Origin: Eledone cirrhosa
Taxonomy: Eukaryota
NCBI GenBank assembly: GCA_964016885.1
Contig: OZ024741.1
Location: 329,220,001-329,284,000, forward strand
Direction of reading: 5' to 3'
DNA length: 64,000 bases
Shown here: positions 30,151 to 44,492 of the stretch, one piece after another
Position numbering within the stretch: the first letter of the stretch is position 1
How the letters are laid out: each line of letters starts with the position of its first letter
Notes under the pieces: generated by a model
Databases searched by the model: none
What the model was told of the DNA's origin: nothing
What the model saw: only the letters and a program-made list of their open reading frames with translations
Position numbers and translations under genes: made by a program

Positions 30151-31011
30151 GTGGGATTATATGAACCAAAATAAACCCCGAATAGGGTGCAGGAACAAAC
30201 ACTGTTTACACATACATCGTTGACCATAACCAATATCTTCCATCGAATCACTTCTTATTTATCCAACAACATCCAAGAAGTACAACTAAATATTAAATCC
30301 CGAATCAAAATCATAAGCTTTCAGTCATTAGATAACTGGGGATTTAGTCAAAATTGAGCTTTATAGAGAACAACGAAGGCGCTTCTACGTATAACTAGTA
30401 AACTTCAGAAACTTTACACTTAATCACAAAGTATTCACGCAAGCCTCCATTAATATGATCATAAATGTTCTTTAATGCTTTCATCGGAGATATATAAGAG
30501 TTATTTTGAATATTAGGTGGTGTTCGCGGATACCGGACAAACAGTTTTTTAAGTGAGCCGAAGGGTACACAACCATCGTTTACGTTGGACCAGACGCATT
30601 TTATGGATAAAGGACCATAGGATCCCAAATAAGAAGAACGGTAAATGGCTAACTTGAATGAGTAATTCACTCACTGTATGAACCACGTCCACTGTTTAAG
30701 GATGATACAGTTGAATAAGTGCTGATCCATGGCTAAACAATAACAACAGGTTGGTCAAGGATGGAAAGTCTTTAACTTTACATTACTCTATATTTACTAT
30801 TGCATTTTCACAGTAAACACTTCATTTCACATAGTATCGAATCTACGATTTTGATATTTATTTTGAGAACAATACCTTAACATAAGCATGAGAAGCCGGT
30901 AATGCCGGTTTGAACAGAAAGTGGTGAAAGAATTCTGGCCCTATCTGGCCGTTTTAAATTTTAACGGGTTAATGTCTCTACTCAAAACAGAGTTGGTTGA
31001 GCCTTGAAATA

Positions 31012-31695
31012 ATGGTTTCACAAGGCCAGCAATTTTGCGGGAGGGGAAAGTCGATTAAACCGACCCAGTGCGTGACTGGTACTTTATTTTATCGACCACG
31101 TAAGGATGAAAGGCAAAGTTAACCTCGGCGGCATTTGAATTCTGAGTCTTGAAACAATAAGAACAACGGCGAAAATAATAACTGTTTCTACTTTTCGCAC
31201 AAGGCCAGCAATTACTCAGTACATTACTGGTACTCTATTTTATCGACCCCGTAAGGATGAAAGGCTAAGTGAACCTCGGCGGGATTTGAACTCAGACCGT
31301 AAAGCATGGCGTCCGACTCTCTACCGATACTGCCAATCCACGAAAATAATAACGGTTTCTGATTTAGACACAAGGGCAACAATTGGGGGCAGAGGAAAGT
31401 CGATTAAATCAACTACAGTGCGTTACAAGTACTTTATTTTATCGAACCCGGAAGGATGAAAGGCAAAGCTAACTCCGGTGACTTTTGAACTCAGAACGTA
31501 AAGGGCCGTCACTATATACCACAAAGCATGTTGTCCGATGCTCTACCGATACCGACAATCCACCGCCTTAATAACGGATTCTGATTTAGGCACAATGCCA
31601 ACAAATTAGCTGGGGGTGTTCGATAAAATCGACTCCAGTTCATTACTGGTACTTTATTTTATCGATCCTGTAAGGATGAAAGGGTAAACTAAACG
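31012..31695 (-). mobile_element. Four tandem family 1 SINE copies
   Basis: actttattttatcga..aaggatgaaagg-like core occurs four times. Confidence 0.85.
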
Positions 31696-31871
31696 CGAGA
31701 GGGTATAAAGTCAACAACGACAATAATAACAACAGCCACACTGTCTTAAGTTAATATAAATTTAACAACACGCTGTAAACATACACTAAATTATAGTAAA
31801 ATAAGCCGGGATATCACCATTGAAACAGGTTTATTACGAACATGTGATATTTTCGATATCTCTAAGTGTGA

Positions 31872-33586
31872 GTGTATCTATATGTATCTACACATTTATA
31901 TTTGTGTGTGGCTGTGTGTGAATGTGTGTATATGTATCTACACATTTATATTTGTGTGTGGCTGTGTGTGAATGTGTGTATATGTATCTACACATTTATA
32001 TTTGTGTGTGGCTGTGTGAATGTGTGTATATGTATCTACACATTTATATTTGTGTGTGGCTGTGTGTGAATGTGTGTATATGTATCTACACATTTATATT
32101 TGTGTGTGGCTGTGTGTGAATGTGTGTATATGTATCTACACATTTATATTTGTGTGTGGCTGTGTGTGAATGTGTGTATATGTATCTACATATTTATATT
32201 TGTGTGTGGCTGTGTGTGAATGTGTGTATATGTATCTACACATTTATATTTGTGTGTGGCTGTGTGTGAATGTGTGTATATGTATCTACACATTTATATT
32301 TGTGTGTGGCTGTGTGTGAATGTGTGTATATGTATCTACACATTTATATTTGTGTGTGGCTGTGTGTGAATGTATGTATATGTATCTACACATTTATATT
32401 TGTGTGTGGCTGTGTGTGAATGTGTGTATATGTATCTACACATTTATATTTGTGTGTGGCTGTGTGAATGTGTGTATATGTATCTACACATTTATATTTG
32501 TGTGTGGCTGTGTGAATGTGTGTATATGTATCTACACATTTATATTTGTGTGTGGCTGTGTGTGAATGTATGTATATGTATCTACACATTTATATTTGTG
32601 TGTGGCTGTGTGTGAATGTGTGTATATGTATCTACACATTTATATTTGTGTGTGGCTGTGTGTGAATGTGTGTATATGTATCTACACATTTATATTTGTG
32701 TGTGGCTGTGTGAATGTGTGTATATGTATCTACACATTTATATTTGTGTGTGGCTGTGTGTGAATGTGTGTATATGTATCTACACATTTATATTTGTGTG
32801 TGGCTGTGTGTGAATGTGTGTATATGTATCTACACATTTATATTTGTGTGTGGCTGTGTGAATGTGTGTATATGTATCTACACATTTATATTTGTGTGTG
32901 GCTGTGTGAATGTGTGTATATGTATCTACACATTTATATTTGTGTGTGAATGTGTGTATATGTATCTACACATTTATATTTGTGTGTGGCTGTGTGAATG
33001 TGTGTATATGTATCTACACATTTATATTTGTGTGTGGCTGTGTGTGAATGTGTGTATATGTATCTACACATTTATATTTGTGTGTGGCTGTGTGTGAATG
33101 TGTGTATATGTATCTACACATTTATATTTGTGTGTGGCTGTGTGTGAATGTGTGTATATGTATCTACACATTTATATTTGTGTGTGGCTGTGTGAATGTA
33201 TGTATATGTATCTACACATTTATATTTGTGTGTGGCTGTGTGAATGTATGTATATGTATCTACACATTTATATTTGTGTGTGGCTGTGTGAATGTGTGTA
33301 TATGTATCTACACATTTATATTTGTGTGTGGCTGTGTGTGAATGTGTGTATATGTATCTACACATTTATATTTGTGTGTGGCTGTGTGAATGTGTGTATA
33401 TGTATCTACACATTTATATTTGTGTGTGGCTGTGTGAATGTGTGTATATGTATCTACACATTTATATTTGTGTGTGGCTGTGTGTGAATGTGTGTATATG
33501 TATCTACACATTTATATTTGTGTGTGGCTGTGTGAATGTGTGTATATGTATCTACACATTTATGTTTGTGTGTGGCTATGTGTGAA

Positions 33587-33590
<4 letters not shown>
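31872..33590. repeat. 48/50-bp minisatellite, about 35 copies
   Basis: Unit gaatgtgtgtatatgtatctacacatttatatttgtgtgtggctgtgt(gt). Confidence 0.97.
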
Positions 33591-33620
<30 letters not shown>

Positions 33621-33625
33621 AATGT

Positions 33626-33733
<108 letters not shown>

Positions 33734-33838
33734 ATGTTTGCGTGGCTATGTGTGAGTGTGTGTATATGTATTTATGTTTGTGTATGGCTACATGTGAGCA
33801 TATGTGTGATAATATATTTGTGTGTCTCTGTGTGCATA

Positions 33839-33881
<43 letters not shown>

Positions 33882-34185
33882 CTGTATCGGTGAGTGCGTA
33901 TTAATGTGTGTGTGGAAAAGAATGTTTGTGTGTGTGTATATATATATATATGAGTTACTGTGTACTTGTGTTTGTATGTACATTCGTCCCTATGTATGCG
34001 AGGTTCATAAAATATTTTGTATGTGCTTTTGAGTGTGTGTTTGAATTAAAGCGTCTCTGTGTATGTGTATGTCTATGTACTGTGTCCTTGAGCAAGACAC
34101 TTTACTTCACGTTGCTCCAGTCCATTAAGCTGGAAAGAATAGTTGTACCTGTAATTCAAATGGGCCGATTGTCACACAGACATAT

Positions 34186-34271
<86 letters not shown>

Positions 34272-34421
34272 ATACTTTGGGGGGGGGTCATGTTGCCAAT
34301 AAGAAACACACGCACCAGTTGCTTTCACTTCAATTTATTATAATAAATTTATAATAAATTTATAAATTTATAAATTTCTGGTTGGTTGGTTGGTTCCACA
34401 ACCAGATAGTTGTTTATATAT

Positions 34422-34466
34422 AGTCATAGTTCTTTCGTCACACACTATGTGACCTCTTCAGTGACT
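34422..34466 (-). ncRNA. Minimal type I hammerhead ribozyme
   Basis: Mirror of 34638-34682. Confidence 0.8.
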
Positions 34467-34637
34467 GGGGATTCCTTTCTTTGTTTCTGTGCCTCTCCTT
34501 TGTTCTGTCCTGCGCCATTTTGTTTCTGTGTGTGTGTTGTGGCGCATGCGCAGACTCAGCACACAACACACACACAGAAACAAAATGGCGTAGTACAGAA
34601 CAAAGGAGAGGCACAGAAACAAAGAAAGGAATCCCCC

Positions 34638-34682
34638 AGTCACTGAAGAGGTCACATAGTGTGTGACGAAAGAACTATGACT
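34638..34682 (+). ncRNA. Minimal type I hammerhead ribozyme
   Basis: Stem I agtca/tgact; CTGAAGA 34643-34649; stem II gtcaca/tgtgac; GAAA-gaac-TA. Confidence 0.8.
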
Positions 34683-34892
34683 ATATATAAACAACTATCT
34701 GGTTGTGGAACCAACCAACCAACCAGAAATTTATAAATTTATAAATTTATTATAAATTTATTATAATAAATTGAAGTGAAAGCAACTGGTGCGTGTGTTT
34801 CTTATTGGCAACATGACCCTCCCAAAGTATAACAATATCGGTTTCAACACACGATTTCAGATAAAGAATCTTGCTAAACAAATTCAGAAACG

Positions 34893-34936
<44 letters not shown>

Positions 34937-34998
34937 GGGAGAAAGTTATAGTTCACTTGCAAGCATTGTGTAATGAGGTATAAACGTTTGTATATGTA

Positions 34999-35182
34999 TA
35001 ATTGTTTCTACTTTAGGCGCAAGGCCAGTAATTACCCAGTGCATTACTGGTACTTTATTTTTATCGACTCCATAAGGATGAAAGATAAAGTCAACCTCGG
35101 CGGGATTTGAACTCAGATCGTAAAGGGACGTAACTATGCTGGAAAGCATGGCGTCCGACCCTCTACCGATACTGCCAATCCA
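34999..35182 (-). mobile_element. Family 1 SINE
   Basis: Reverse tail, core and head. Confidence 0.85.
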
Positions 35183-35394
35183 ACCAGTGTTCTAAATAGC
35201 TTGCCAAGTCAAGCTATTTAGAACACTGGTTTAACCGCTTTATTTCCCTCCGAAGAAGAGATATTATCTCGAAAATTAAGGACATTTAAATAAATCTAAG
35301 TTAAAAGACTAATTGTCAACAATATCTTTTGCATTTGCATTCTTTATTCTATTTCATACCTGCATTGTTTTGGCTTTATTATACATATACAAAC

Positions 35395-35440
<46 letters not shown>

Positions 35441-35644
35441 AAAAAGAAAATTTCGCTCTACATGGTTGAATACAATAAATGTAATCTGAATTTTTCGAAT
35501 ATTAATAATAACATTCGATCCGTTTGCAATTTTGCAAACAGGCCTCAATTTTATAGCCATGTCAGGAGAATGAACATTTCATTCTTGCTCTTATGTTGGC
35601 ATGCGAACAGAGGCTTGTTTGCAAAATTGCGAACGAATCGAATG

Positions 35645-35763
35645 TTAGTTCAAATCCCGCCGAGGTTAACTTTGCCTTTTATCCTTACGGGGTCGATAAA
35701 ATAAAGTACCAGTAATACACTGGGTTAAATAGCTGGCCTTGTGCCAAAAGTAAAAACAATTAT
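35645..35763 (+). mobile_element. Family 1 SINE, 5'-truncated
   Basis: B-box, core and tail. Confidence 0.8.
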
Positions 35764-36449
35764 TAATATTCGAAAATCTCGGATGACATTTATTATATAT
35801 ATATATATGCACGCATAAATTGGTACATACGCATATGCACACAGACATACAACATCGCTGTCACACTCCGAGATTTTTGTTAAAGGTACACGTGTCTGTG
35901 GAATACTTGACCATTCAATCTATAATTCAATGTGTGAGGCAGTTCAGTTGATCTAACGACTGGAATGTTCATCATCGATTCGGACGGAGGGCCTATTTCC
36001 ATCTCTATATGTAAGAGAATATGTTGAGGTTTGACCTCAATGCGTGTGGGGGAACGTTAACGCTTCTGTGCGTTTGTGTTCAGCAGCATATGTGTGCATG
36101 TATGTGTATGTATATGTGTTTGCATGTGTGCATATATGAGGGTGATTGTGTGTATGTTTTATGTGTGTGTGTATGTATGACTCAACGCATGTATATGTTT
36201 ATGTATGTACATTTTACTGGTTTGTTCAGATATTTTGCGTGTTTATTTGTATATTTGACTTATGGTCCGTGTGTAGTTGTGTGTGGGTTTGTGTGTGTGT
36301 GTGTGTGACTTTGTAAGTATGTGCTTAACAAATATTTGATCAATCATATATAGATTTTAATCAATAATCAAATACCGTTTTCTATTGAATCATGTTGGAT
36401 TGTTCGTGTTCATCAATTTTACCTCTGGTATTTGACATCAAAAATATCA

Positions 36450-36564
<115 letters not shown>

Positions 36565-36708
36565 TGTTCCAGTTGTTTGAACAATGAATCAATCTACTCG
36601 TGGAATTAACTTGAAAGTGGAAGAGTTTTCCGTAGCCACACGTATCCTTAACGTAATTTTCAAGAAGATAAGCATGACAGAATATGTGACAAGGTTCTCT
36701 CTTTGAAT

Positions 36709-36870
36709 TACGAAGCTTGGGTGAAAGCTTCATAGGCTGACCAAAATACGCTCATGGAAAGAAGCAATGCAGTCATTAATAAGAGTTGAAATTAATGCAT
36801 GTAAGATTTCACAACTCTAGCATCAATCCTTCATAGCCAGCCTCTAACCTTTACAGCCGGCATTCATATA
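36709..36870. mobile_element. Degenerate Tc1/mariner-type MITE
   Basis: Internal sequence homologous to 62477-62694. Confidence 0.55.
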
Positions 36871-37479
36871 TATGATGAACAACTAATTTCTTTTAAAGGG
36901 GCTGAGTTAACTAGGGCAACGTGAAATAACGTTGCTTGCCTTATATTGTTCCTCATTCTTATGACCTGAACTCTTTAAAGTCTAAAGTAAATTCATTCCT
37001 TTCATCTTAATTTCTCCTTCTCCATAGCAGTCTTTTACACTAAGTGGCTTCATGCCTTGTTTGGGATTTTCAAGAAAAAAAAATATTCATTACGTCGCCG
37101 AGAATCGAACTCACAGCCGAACATCTAACCACTAACCAACGTAGCTTCATGTGTATGCTTATCGATTACTTATTAGCTGGTGAGTCGATAGATCTATAAA
37201 ACAGCCAGTCGCCAAATTGATGGTTCGTGCCCTACCACGAAGGAGGTGAACTAGTAAATTAAACTTTCACAAGTTGAAGTACAAGGCAGTGAATTAGGAG
37301 AGTTGTTAGAACGTCGGATAGAATGCTTTCTGCATTCGGTTCGGCTCTCTGTTCAAATCCAACCAAGGTTAACTTCCCTTTTATCCATTCCAGGTCGATA
37401 AAAATGTACCAGTCAAGTACTGGTGTTGATATTTCCTCTATATCTCATCCTCCTTCTTTAACTCTCTATGCTTCTTTGA

Positions 37480-37940
37480 GAGAAATCTGCTATACTCAGG
37501 CTTGGAGAAAGGATGAACTCCACCAGGTTTTAAAAGATCCCATAGAAACGCTGTATGTCAATACGGTGCCTCTACGACTCCTTCAGGAGTTACAAAACCA
37601 TGCATGCATCCTACCACAGTCACTATGCTGTGTCTTTGTCCAACTCACGTAAATTTTAAAGGCAGTGTATATCAAACCTCAAAAAAAAGGATATAACTCT
37701 CGACTATAAACAACCAACCATCTCCAGAAGCTGTCAGAAGCAACCATCTCCAATTGATCCAGCTAGATCCTCAAGCACAACTTGCCGAGCTCATGGATGT
37801 TATTCAACCATCTTGCTCGGGGTCTACCCCTGGATCTCCTCTCCGTTGATTTTGCCCTGAAAATCTGTCCAACGATTCTCTTCTGAGACATTCAAAGCAC
37901 ATGCCTGTAATATCGGAGCTGTGATCTCTGAATTCGGAGC
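37480..37940 (-). mobile_element. RTE-type LINE 3' fragment
   Basis: Minus translation LRIQRSQLRYYRHVL*MSQKRIVGQIFRAKSTERRSRGRPRARWLNNI matches the RTE C-terminal LRWxGHVxRM...RxRGRPxxRW motif. Confidence 0.7.
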
Positions 37941-38379
37941 TCCGGTATTAAGTTGAATTACTGTACATCTCTTTTTTTCCCACTACATATGAGCAAAGTA
38001 TCTCATGTTCATTGAATTCACTATAATAAAATCAAAATGTTAAACAGATTGTTGTAAAAATTTGAAGTATTCATGTCAACACTTCAATTTCCAATGGGAT
38101 GCACTTATAGTGCTGTTTAGAGTGACGGGCGTTATAAGAATGTCTTGATGTGATTGTATGCGGTTAGTTAATTCAATTGCTTAGAGCATCTTTTATGGTT
38201 GAGAGATCGTTATGAAAATCTGCATCATTAAACTATAGAGATTTTACTTTCCTAACAATATATATCTTACATATCGTATTTCCCATGTTGTTTTGTTTTG
38301 ATTTGTGGGAGTGGGGCTGCTCTCACATCATCACACATAAAGCACTACGTCTATACTATTACCTCTACTGTGAAGTTTG

Positions 38380-38665
38380 TGGCTTAGTGTTTATGGTGTT
38401 TGGCTTACGCTCGTAAGTTCCTGAGTCAGATTTCCGATGACGTGTTGGGCCCTTGAACAAAGCACTTTATTTCACCTTGCTCCCGTCCACTCAGCTTTCA
38501 AAAGTTAGCAAGGATATGCTCTTTGAATTGCATGAAATTCAAAGAGCATATCCTTGTCACACACTAAGAAGCCATACTTAAGCTCCTTATGGAATACTTG
38601 TACGTAAATTTATTCAACAGGCTGTTCCAATATAACTGGAACATTCATCACCAGGACCGACGGAG
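38380..38665 (+). mobile_element. Family 2 SINE with an internal 21-bp-arm hairpin
   Basis: ccttgaacaaagcactttatttcacc...gtccactcagc motif; palindrome at about 38508-38556. Confidence 0.65.
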
Positions 38666-39049
38666 CCTAACATGCATTACATCTACTACTACTACTATTA
38701 CTATTACTACTATTGCTGCTACTACTGTGACTGCTGTTACTGTGACTCCTGCTACTACTACTATTAATACTAATTCTAATACTAGTACTATTGCTGCTGT
38801 TGTCGAGTGATGTAAACAAGACCAGCATCCACTGAGTTGCAGGAACACCCTTGAAGACGTTATTTCTTCATCCAATAGGCTATTGGTAGGAAGTCTGCAG
38901 TGTATTTTCAAACTTCAAAGTATTGTTAATGAATGCCTTAAGACTAAACAGACGTTCCTGCATTTTAATATTTTCTATTCACAGTTGGATTTCTTCCTTT
39001 TAATTTAAAAAAGTAAGATAAATAATAATGATGCTACTAATAATAATAA

Positions 39050-39405
39050 TGGTTTCTACTTTAGGCACAAGGCCAGCAATTATTCCAGTGCATTACTGGT
39101 ACTTTATTTTATCGACCCCGTAAGGATGAAAGGCAAAGACAACCTCGGCGGGATTTGAACTCATATCGTAAAGGGACTACTAATAATAATAATGGTTTCT
39201 GATTTAGGCACAAGGCCAACAATTTTGGAGGTATGAGGAAAGTTGATTAAGTTTAATCCAGTTCATTGTTGGTGCTTTATTTTATCGACCCCGTTATATG
39301 AAAGGCAAAGCTAACCTCGGTGGGATTTGCACTCAGAACGTAAAGGCACGTAACTACATGCTAAAAAGCAATGCTGTCCGATTCTCTACCGATACTTCCA
39401 ATCCA
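39050..39405 (-). mobile_element. Two family 1 SINE copies
   Basis: Reverse core occurs twice. Confidence 0.85.
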
Positions 39406-40466
39406 TAATAATAATAGCAATAATAATCGAAAAATATAAATGTTTATACTTAAAGAAGAATGGCTTCTCAATAGTGTGTATATATTCCCGGACCAGGTCA
39501 TGAGTTATGTCCTTGTGCAAAGCACTTTATTTCACGTTGTTCTTTCTGCCAGGAGTTGCGACCGGTAGATAGTATTAGCAATCGGAAAGTCTGCTAGAAA
39601 CATTGTTTTCTTGGTCCGATTTGACGAGCACCACCCAACTCAGTAAGCAAACGAGGTCTGGATTTTTGTCGATCGATTAAGAGAACATACCCCCAGTACT
39701 ACTTTTGCAAACCCCAATTGTACGTTTTAGTACCTTCAGTACTACATTTGCGGACTCCCAGTACTCCCTTTGCGGACCCATGTGTTGCGCGAACCGGAGA
39801 ATAGGTACATGTCTATTCTAAGCCGAAGGTTCATCCGACCGGAGCTTATTCCAGGTGTCCTTGGCATTAAGCGACTGAGAGCACAAGACTCTCCCTAGGT
39901 ATGACCCCGCTCTATGGCAGAATTAACTTCCCCGGATACTGCTGGTATTCTCAAGTGAATGTACTGGATCAATGTGAAATAAAGTGTTTTGCTCAAGAAC
40001 ACAACGCAGCAGCCTGTCCAGGAATGGAACCGACAACATTACCATCGTATGTAGAGCATCCTAACCATTAGGCCGCGCGGCTGATGTAATTTCAAGTGAG
40101 AAGATGTTTGAATTGGCGTTTCTTCTCAGAAATGAAAAGTATGTTAGAGTTAGAAAGCTACGAATGAGGTTGAATTATATGACGCTCTTGTCGCATTCAC
40201 CAGCTTCAGTCAAGGTGATAACCCATTATTTTTTCATTTGCTCAAATTGAGGATAAGTTGGAGGTTATGATGAAGATGTGGAGAAGGGGTGGGAAGGAGA
40301 AGTGGAGGAGGAAAGAATGCGGATGAGGAGGTAATAACGTTGTGGAAGAGGAAGAGGGGAGGAAGGGGCAGATCCATCGAAGGCTGGGTAAATGAGAGGA
40401 AGCTCGAAGTACGCCAGTTATCTCCTGCAGATGGATGTAACAAATTTCCTCCAAATGAATTAAGTG

Positions 40467-40772
40467 AGGGTTAGTGGTTAAGATATTTGGCTAACCATCG
40501 CAAGGTCGTTAATTCGATTTCTGGTGACACAATATGCTGCTGAGCAAGATGCAGTACTTTATATTACTTCAGTGCACTCAGTTGCTAAAAGTGAGTTATT
40601 GTACCTGTAATTCGAATGGTCAACCTTGTCACACACAGTGCCACGCTGAATCTCCCTGAAAACTACATTAACTGTGCACGTGTCTGTGCGATGTTCAGCC
40701 ATTTGTACGTTACTTTCACGAGCATACTGTTGTTCAAACAAGCTGAACCTACGTCTTCGACATCGATGGAAG
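40467..40772 (+). mobile_element. Family 2 SINE
   Basis: A-box ttagtggttaag, B-box ttcgatttc, body ccttgtcacacacagtgccacgctgaatctccctga. Confidence 0.7.
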
Positions 40773-42419
40773 TCCAACACAATAAATTCAAGAATATTAA
40801 CGAAAAAACACACGCTGAAAACCCTTTATTATCTAACCTAAAACATGTTTTCTTTATTTTAGATCTTCAACTGTCTTCATTAAACTTGCTGTATCTTATG
40901 TCTTTTTAGTGTAACTACGGCTCCTTTCATTGCACCTTCCTGTATCTACATGTGCTTTCATTGCACCTTTCTATATCTACAACTGTTTTTATTGCACTTT
41001 CCCTATTCATTTTCTTTTACTGTATCATTTTTTTCGGCAAAATTACAAACAAATTCAATCTGCCTTGTGTGACGAATGATGGTAAATATGTCTTTATAAG
41101 ATTTAGTTTATTAAAGTCTTTCTCTCTAGTGACCACTGTTATAGGTGTCGTAAACATTATTCTCGATGTAACCCGTAGATTTGACATGACATCTTATAAA
41201 TTATTACTGATAACGGATCTGACGGCTTCTGCTGGAAGTTTTATATCTCCGGGAAATTATTTTCTTCCAATATCTAGTTTAGTTTAGTCAGGAGATCATT
41301 TACTTTAATATCCATGTTTACTTGGTACATTAACGTATCCACTAAACCTTCACACTCTAATCTCAGTTTATTTATTTATTTTTATTTGTTTTCATCTGGC
41401 AAATATTTTTATGTTATTTAAATCTTCCGTGTGTTGTTGACACTATATAACTTTATAGCTGTTCAAATCTCTTTGACGTTAGAAGAACTAACATTTGTAT
41501 AGAGAATTTACAAAGGAGACAGTGACAGGTACTCGTATGTCGGACAGAACGTTAGAACGTCATATCGAATGCTTTGCAATCGTCGTTCCCGCTCTCTCCA
41601 CTCAGTTCAAATCTATTTGAAATGAACATTCCCTTTCATCATTTCGAGGTCAATAAATAAAGTACCATTCCACTATTCGTGCCTATTTTTCTCTGTATGC
41701 CCCATTCTTACTCTCAATATCTCTCTCACCCACTCTCCCTCTTTCTCTTTCTCGTTCTCTGGAAGAAATGGGCTGTGTTTAGACCTGGAGAGTGATGGTT
41801 TAAATGCTTGAAACACATCTTATGTATTGATGGCGCGCCCTACGACTTCATTTTGGGGATCCAGCTGGATAAGTTTGAGACGGATGCTTCTGACAAGACC
41901 CGCTGAAAGGAGTGAGGACTCTGCCCTCATGAGACTCTCAGGAAGAAGAAGAAGAAGAAGAAGAAGAAGAAGAAGAAGAAGAAGAAGAAGAAGAAGAAGA
42001 AGATTTTACCAGTGCTGCTGTTTTTTCCATAGCAATTTGTACTGTCTACTAAGCAATTAGTGATATTTTAAGACACGCGGCTTAGTTGTGGTTACAGTGT
42101 TCGACTCAGGATCGTTAGATCATGTGTTCCATTCTGGCGAAACCTGGTGATACATCATGTCCTTCAGCAAGATACTTCATTTCAAATTGCTCATGTCTAC
42201 TCGGCTGGAAAAAATGAGTTGCAACGACAATGGTGTCAAGATGTATCAGCCTTTGACTTTCCTTTGGACAACATCGGTGTTATGTAGACGGAAAAATTGC
42301 ATGCATAGGCAACTGTTGGTCTTCCACAAAACACCTTAGCTTCAGTGAGGAATCCTCCAGGTGTGATCCTGTGGTAACCTAACCGAAACCGGACGTAAAT
42401 CAGTGATATTATTGTAACT

Positions 42420-42546
42420 TTACGTTCTCAGTTCAAATCCCGCCGAGGTTAACTTTGCCTTTCATCCTTACGAGGTCGATAAAATAAAGTACCAGTAATG
42501 CACTGCGTTAATTGCTGGCTTTGTGCCAAAATTTGAAACAATTATT
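42420..42546 (+). mobile_element. Family 1 SINE, 5'-truncated
   Basis: B-box, core and tail. Confidence 0.8.
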
Positions 42547-42613
42547 GTAACTATGATCGACAGTTCTATAGAGGTCTTCTGCATAATTTCGCTGACACCT
42601 ACACTGCCTAGAG

Positions 42614-44492
42614 CAGGGGTCGGCAACTCCCGACCCGCGGGCCACATCGGACCTTCGAATGATTTTTTTCCGGCCCGCCATCTTACACTGGACACTAATT
42701 ATCTAATTAGTATCGAATAGAGATACAGTAGTTCACTTCAAGGTTGTGCCGACCTGATGCCCATCACAAATCGCTGTTCATACCGTATATATTTACAGAT
42801 ACCTTTGTAACCTTATTATATTTTCCATTTATTATTATTTCCTCTTATCCATCTTTTTCTGGGCTTTCCGCCAAGCATAATATCACCTGTATTATTATTT
42901 CCTGTGATTTTATGTATGTGTTTTTGTTCCAGTCAACAAACACAAATGTTGGCTGGAAGTATACATTTTCGTCAGCGACTGGAAGGTATACTACCTTACG
43001 GTTCGCATGACTCGCTTTTATACCCATATTGTCATTCAATAAAATCACTTGTGAATTATTGTCGTCTTCGTTTGCCTGACCTTACCTGTTCCCCCCGGCA
43101 CAAGGTAAAGCTGTCCTTGGAAAAATTACTACGTTCCCTCCTCCTCAGAGTATTTTCATTTGAGTTTGTTGTCTGGTGGTATAACAACTATACAGTAGGT
43201 ATCTTTATTCGATAATAACGTTTATTTCATTATTTGTGATGTGTGAATTATTATTATGGTTTAAAAAAAACAAATGGCAACCCTGATCTAACAACGTTGT
43301 TAGAAACCTGGTTTTATATAATTTATTCACAATTATCATATTTTATCGCATTACTGTATTTGCATTTACATTTGTTTTCATTGTTTCTTATTTCTTCATT
43401 CTGATTATTATACTTTTTGCTCTTTTTCCTTTCCATAAATCTTTTTTGTTTGAACAAAAACAAGCCCATTTAAGCTAAGAAAAGAAAAGTGGATTTGGAG
43501 TGCTGAACTTTTAACGATGGCTGGACACTTAGCTATTTTTTCATTGAGCACTTCGGAAAACGTGTTTGCTTAATTTATCAAGAAACCATTGCTGTGAAGA
43601 AAGTTTCAAATATTAAACGGCACTATGAAACGCGTCATAATCGTTACAACAGTTTTTACTTTCATTTCCCAAATCTCCAAAATCACAAGAGAGATATAAT
43701 ACCAGACATCTTTGTGAGCTCTATTAAGGATTTGAGAAGCGAGTTTTGCTCTCGTTTTGCTGACTTCCGGCAATATGGAACTCTATTTAAGTTATTTGGT
43801 ACTCCTTACGAAACAGATGTGGAGCAAGTGGCAGAATAATATCAGTTGGAGTTAATTGACTTACAGTGCGACGAATCTTTGAAATCGAAATTTCAGTTCG
43901 AATCCACTGCTGACTTCTACAAGAAATATATATTGCCAAGCGGAAAATATAAAAACATCTTGACTAATGCGAAACTGATGATATCATTATTTGCTTGTGA
44001 ACAACTTTTTTCCAAAATGAAATATACTAAAAGTCATTTAAGAACAAGGTTGCGTGACGACCACCTGGATGATGTTTTGCTCCTGTCATCGACAAATATT
44101 TCACCTGATGTGGAGAAGTTATCGCACAATAAGCAGAAACAAGTGTCTCATTAAATCATTTACCATTTCTAACTGTATTTCGTTTGTAGCAAGGAATTTG
44201 CTTTTTTTTTGTTGATTGTGATAGTAGTTGTTTTTCTGTCATTCCTGCAGTAAAATAAGGAATTTGCTTTTTTTTTGTTGAATGTGTTTGTAGTTTTTTT
44301 TTTTCTGGTTTTTTTTTTTTTGTTATTCCTGCAGTAAAATAAGGGGCCTTGTTAAAATAAAATTATATTACATTCCTTGTTTTGCTTTAAACCTCCAGAA
44401 AATTTATTTACATATTTAATAACATGGCCCTCCTCCATGACACTACTGCATAGCTGTTTGGCCTTCTCTCTCCAAAAGGTTGCCGACCCCTG
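42614..44492 (+). mobile_element. Internally deleted hAT transposon (Buster/Charlie/SPIN-like)
   Basis: Perfect TIRs caggggtcggcaac / gttgccgacccctg; 8-bp TSD gcctagag / ccctagag (7 of 8 match). Confidence 0.92.
43474..44154 (+). pseudogene. hAT transposase remnant (GTF2IRD2/SPIN-like); N-terminal zinc finger fused to the C-terminal dimerisation region
   Basis: AKKRKVDLEC*TFNDGWTLSYFF..VCLI..NIKRHYETRH joined to HFPNL..RFADF..LELIDLQ..CEQLFSKMKYTKS..RTRL; in-frame stops, catalytic core missing. Confidence 0.88.

Larger units (their letters stand above)
34267..34837. mobile_element. About 570-bp palindrome made of two PLE 3' ends
   Basis: Near-perfect arms about 34267-34540 and 34560-34837; terminus tgttatactttggg..gggtcat plus cgccatttt and gcgcatgcg motifs shared with the PLE at 52848. 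Confidence 0.85.

Noticed and set aside
31872-33590. CRISPR-like regular array (also considered for the 310-bp array)
   Set aside because: No unique spacers, no cas genes, eukaryotic context
41040-41340. Possible Helitron helicase remnant on the minus strand (LDIG...IKLP)
   Set aside because: Only short motif matches, with stops and frameshifts; needs tBLASTx
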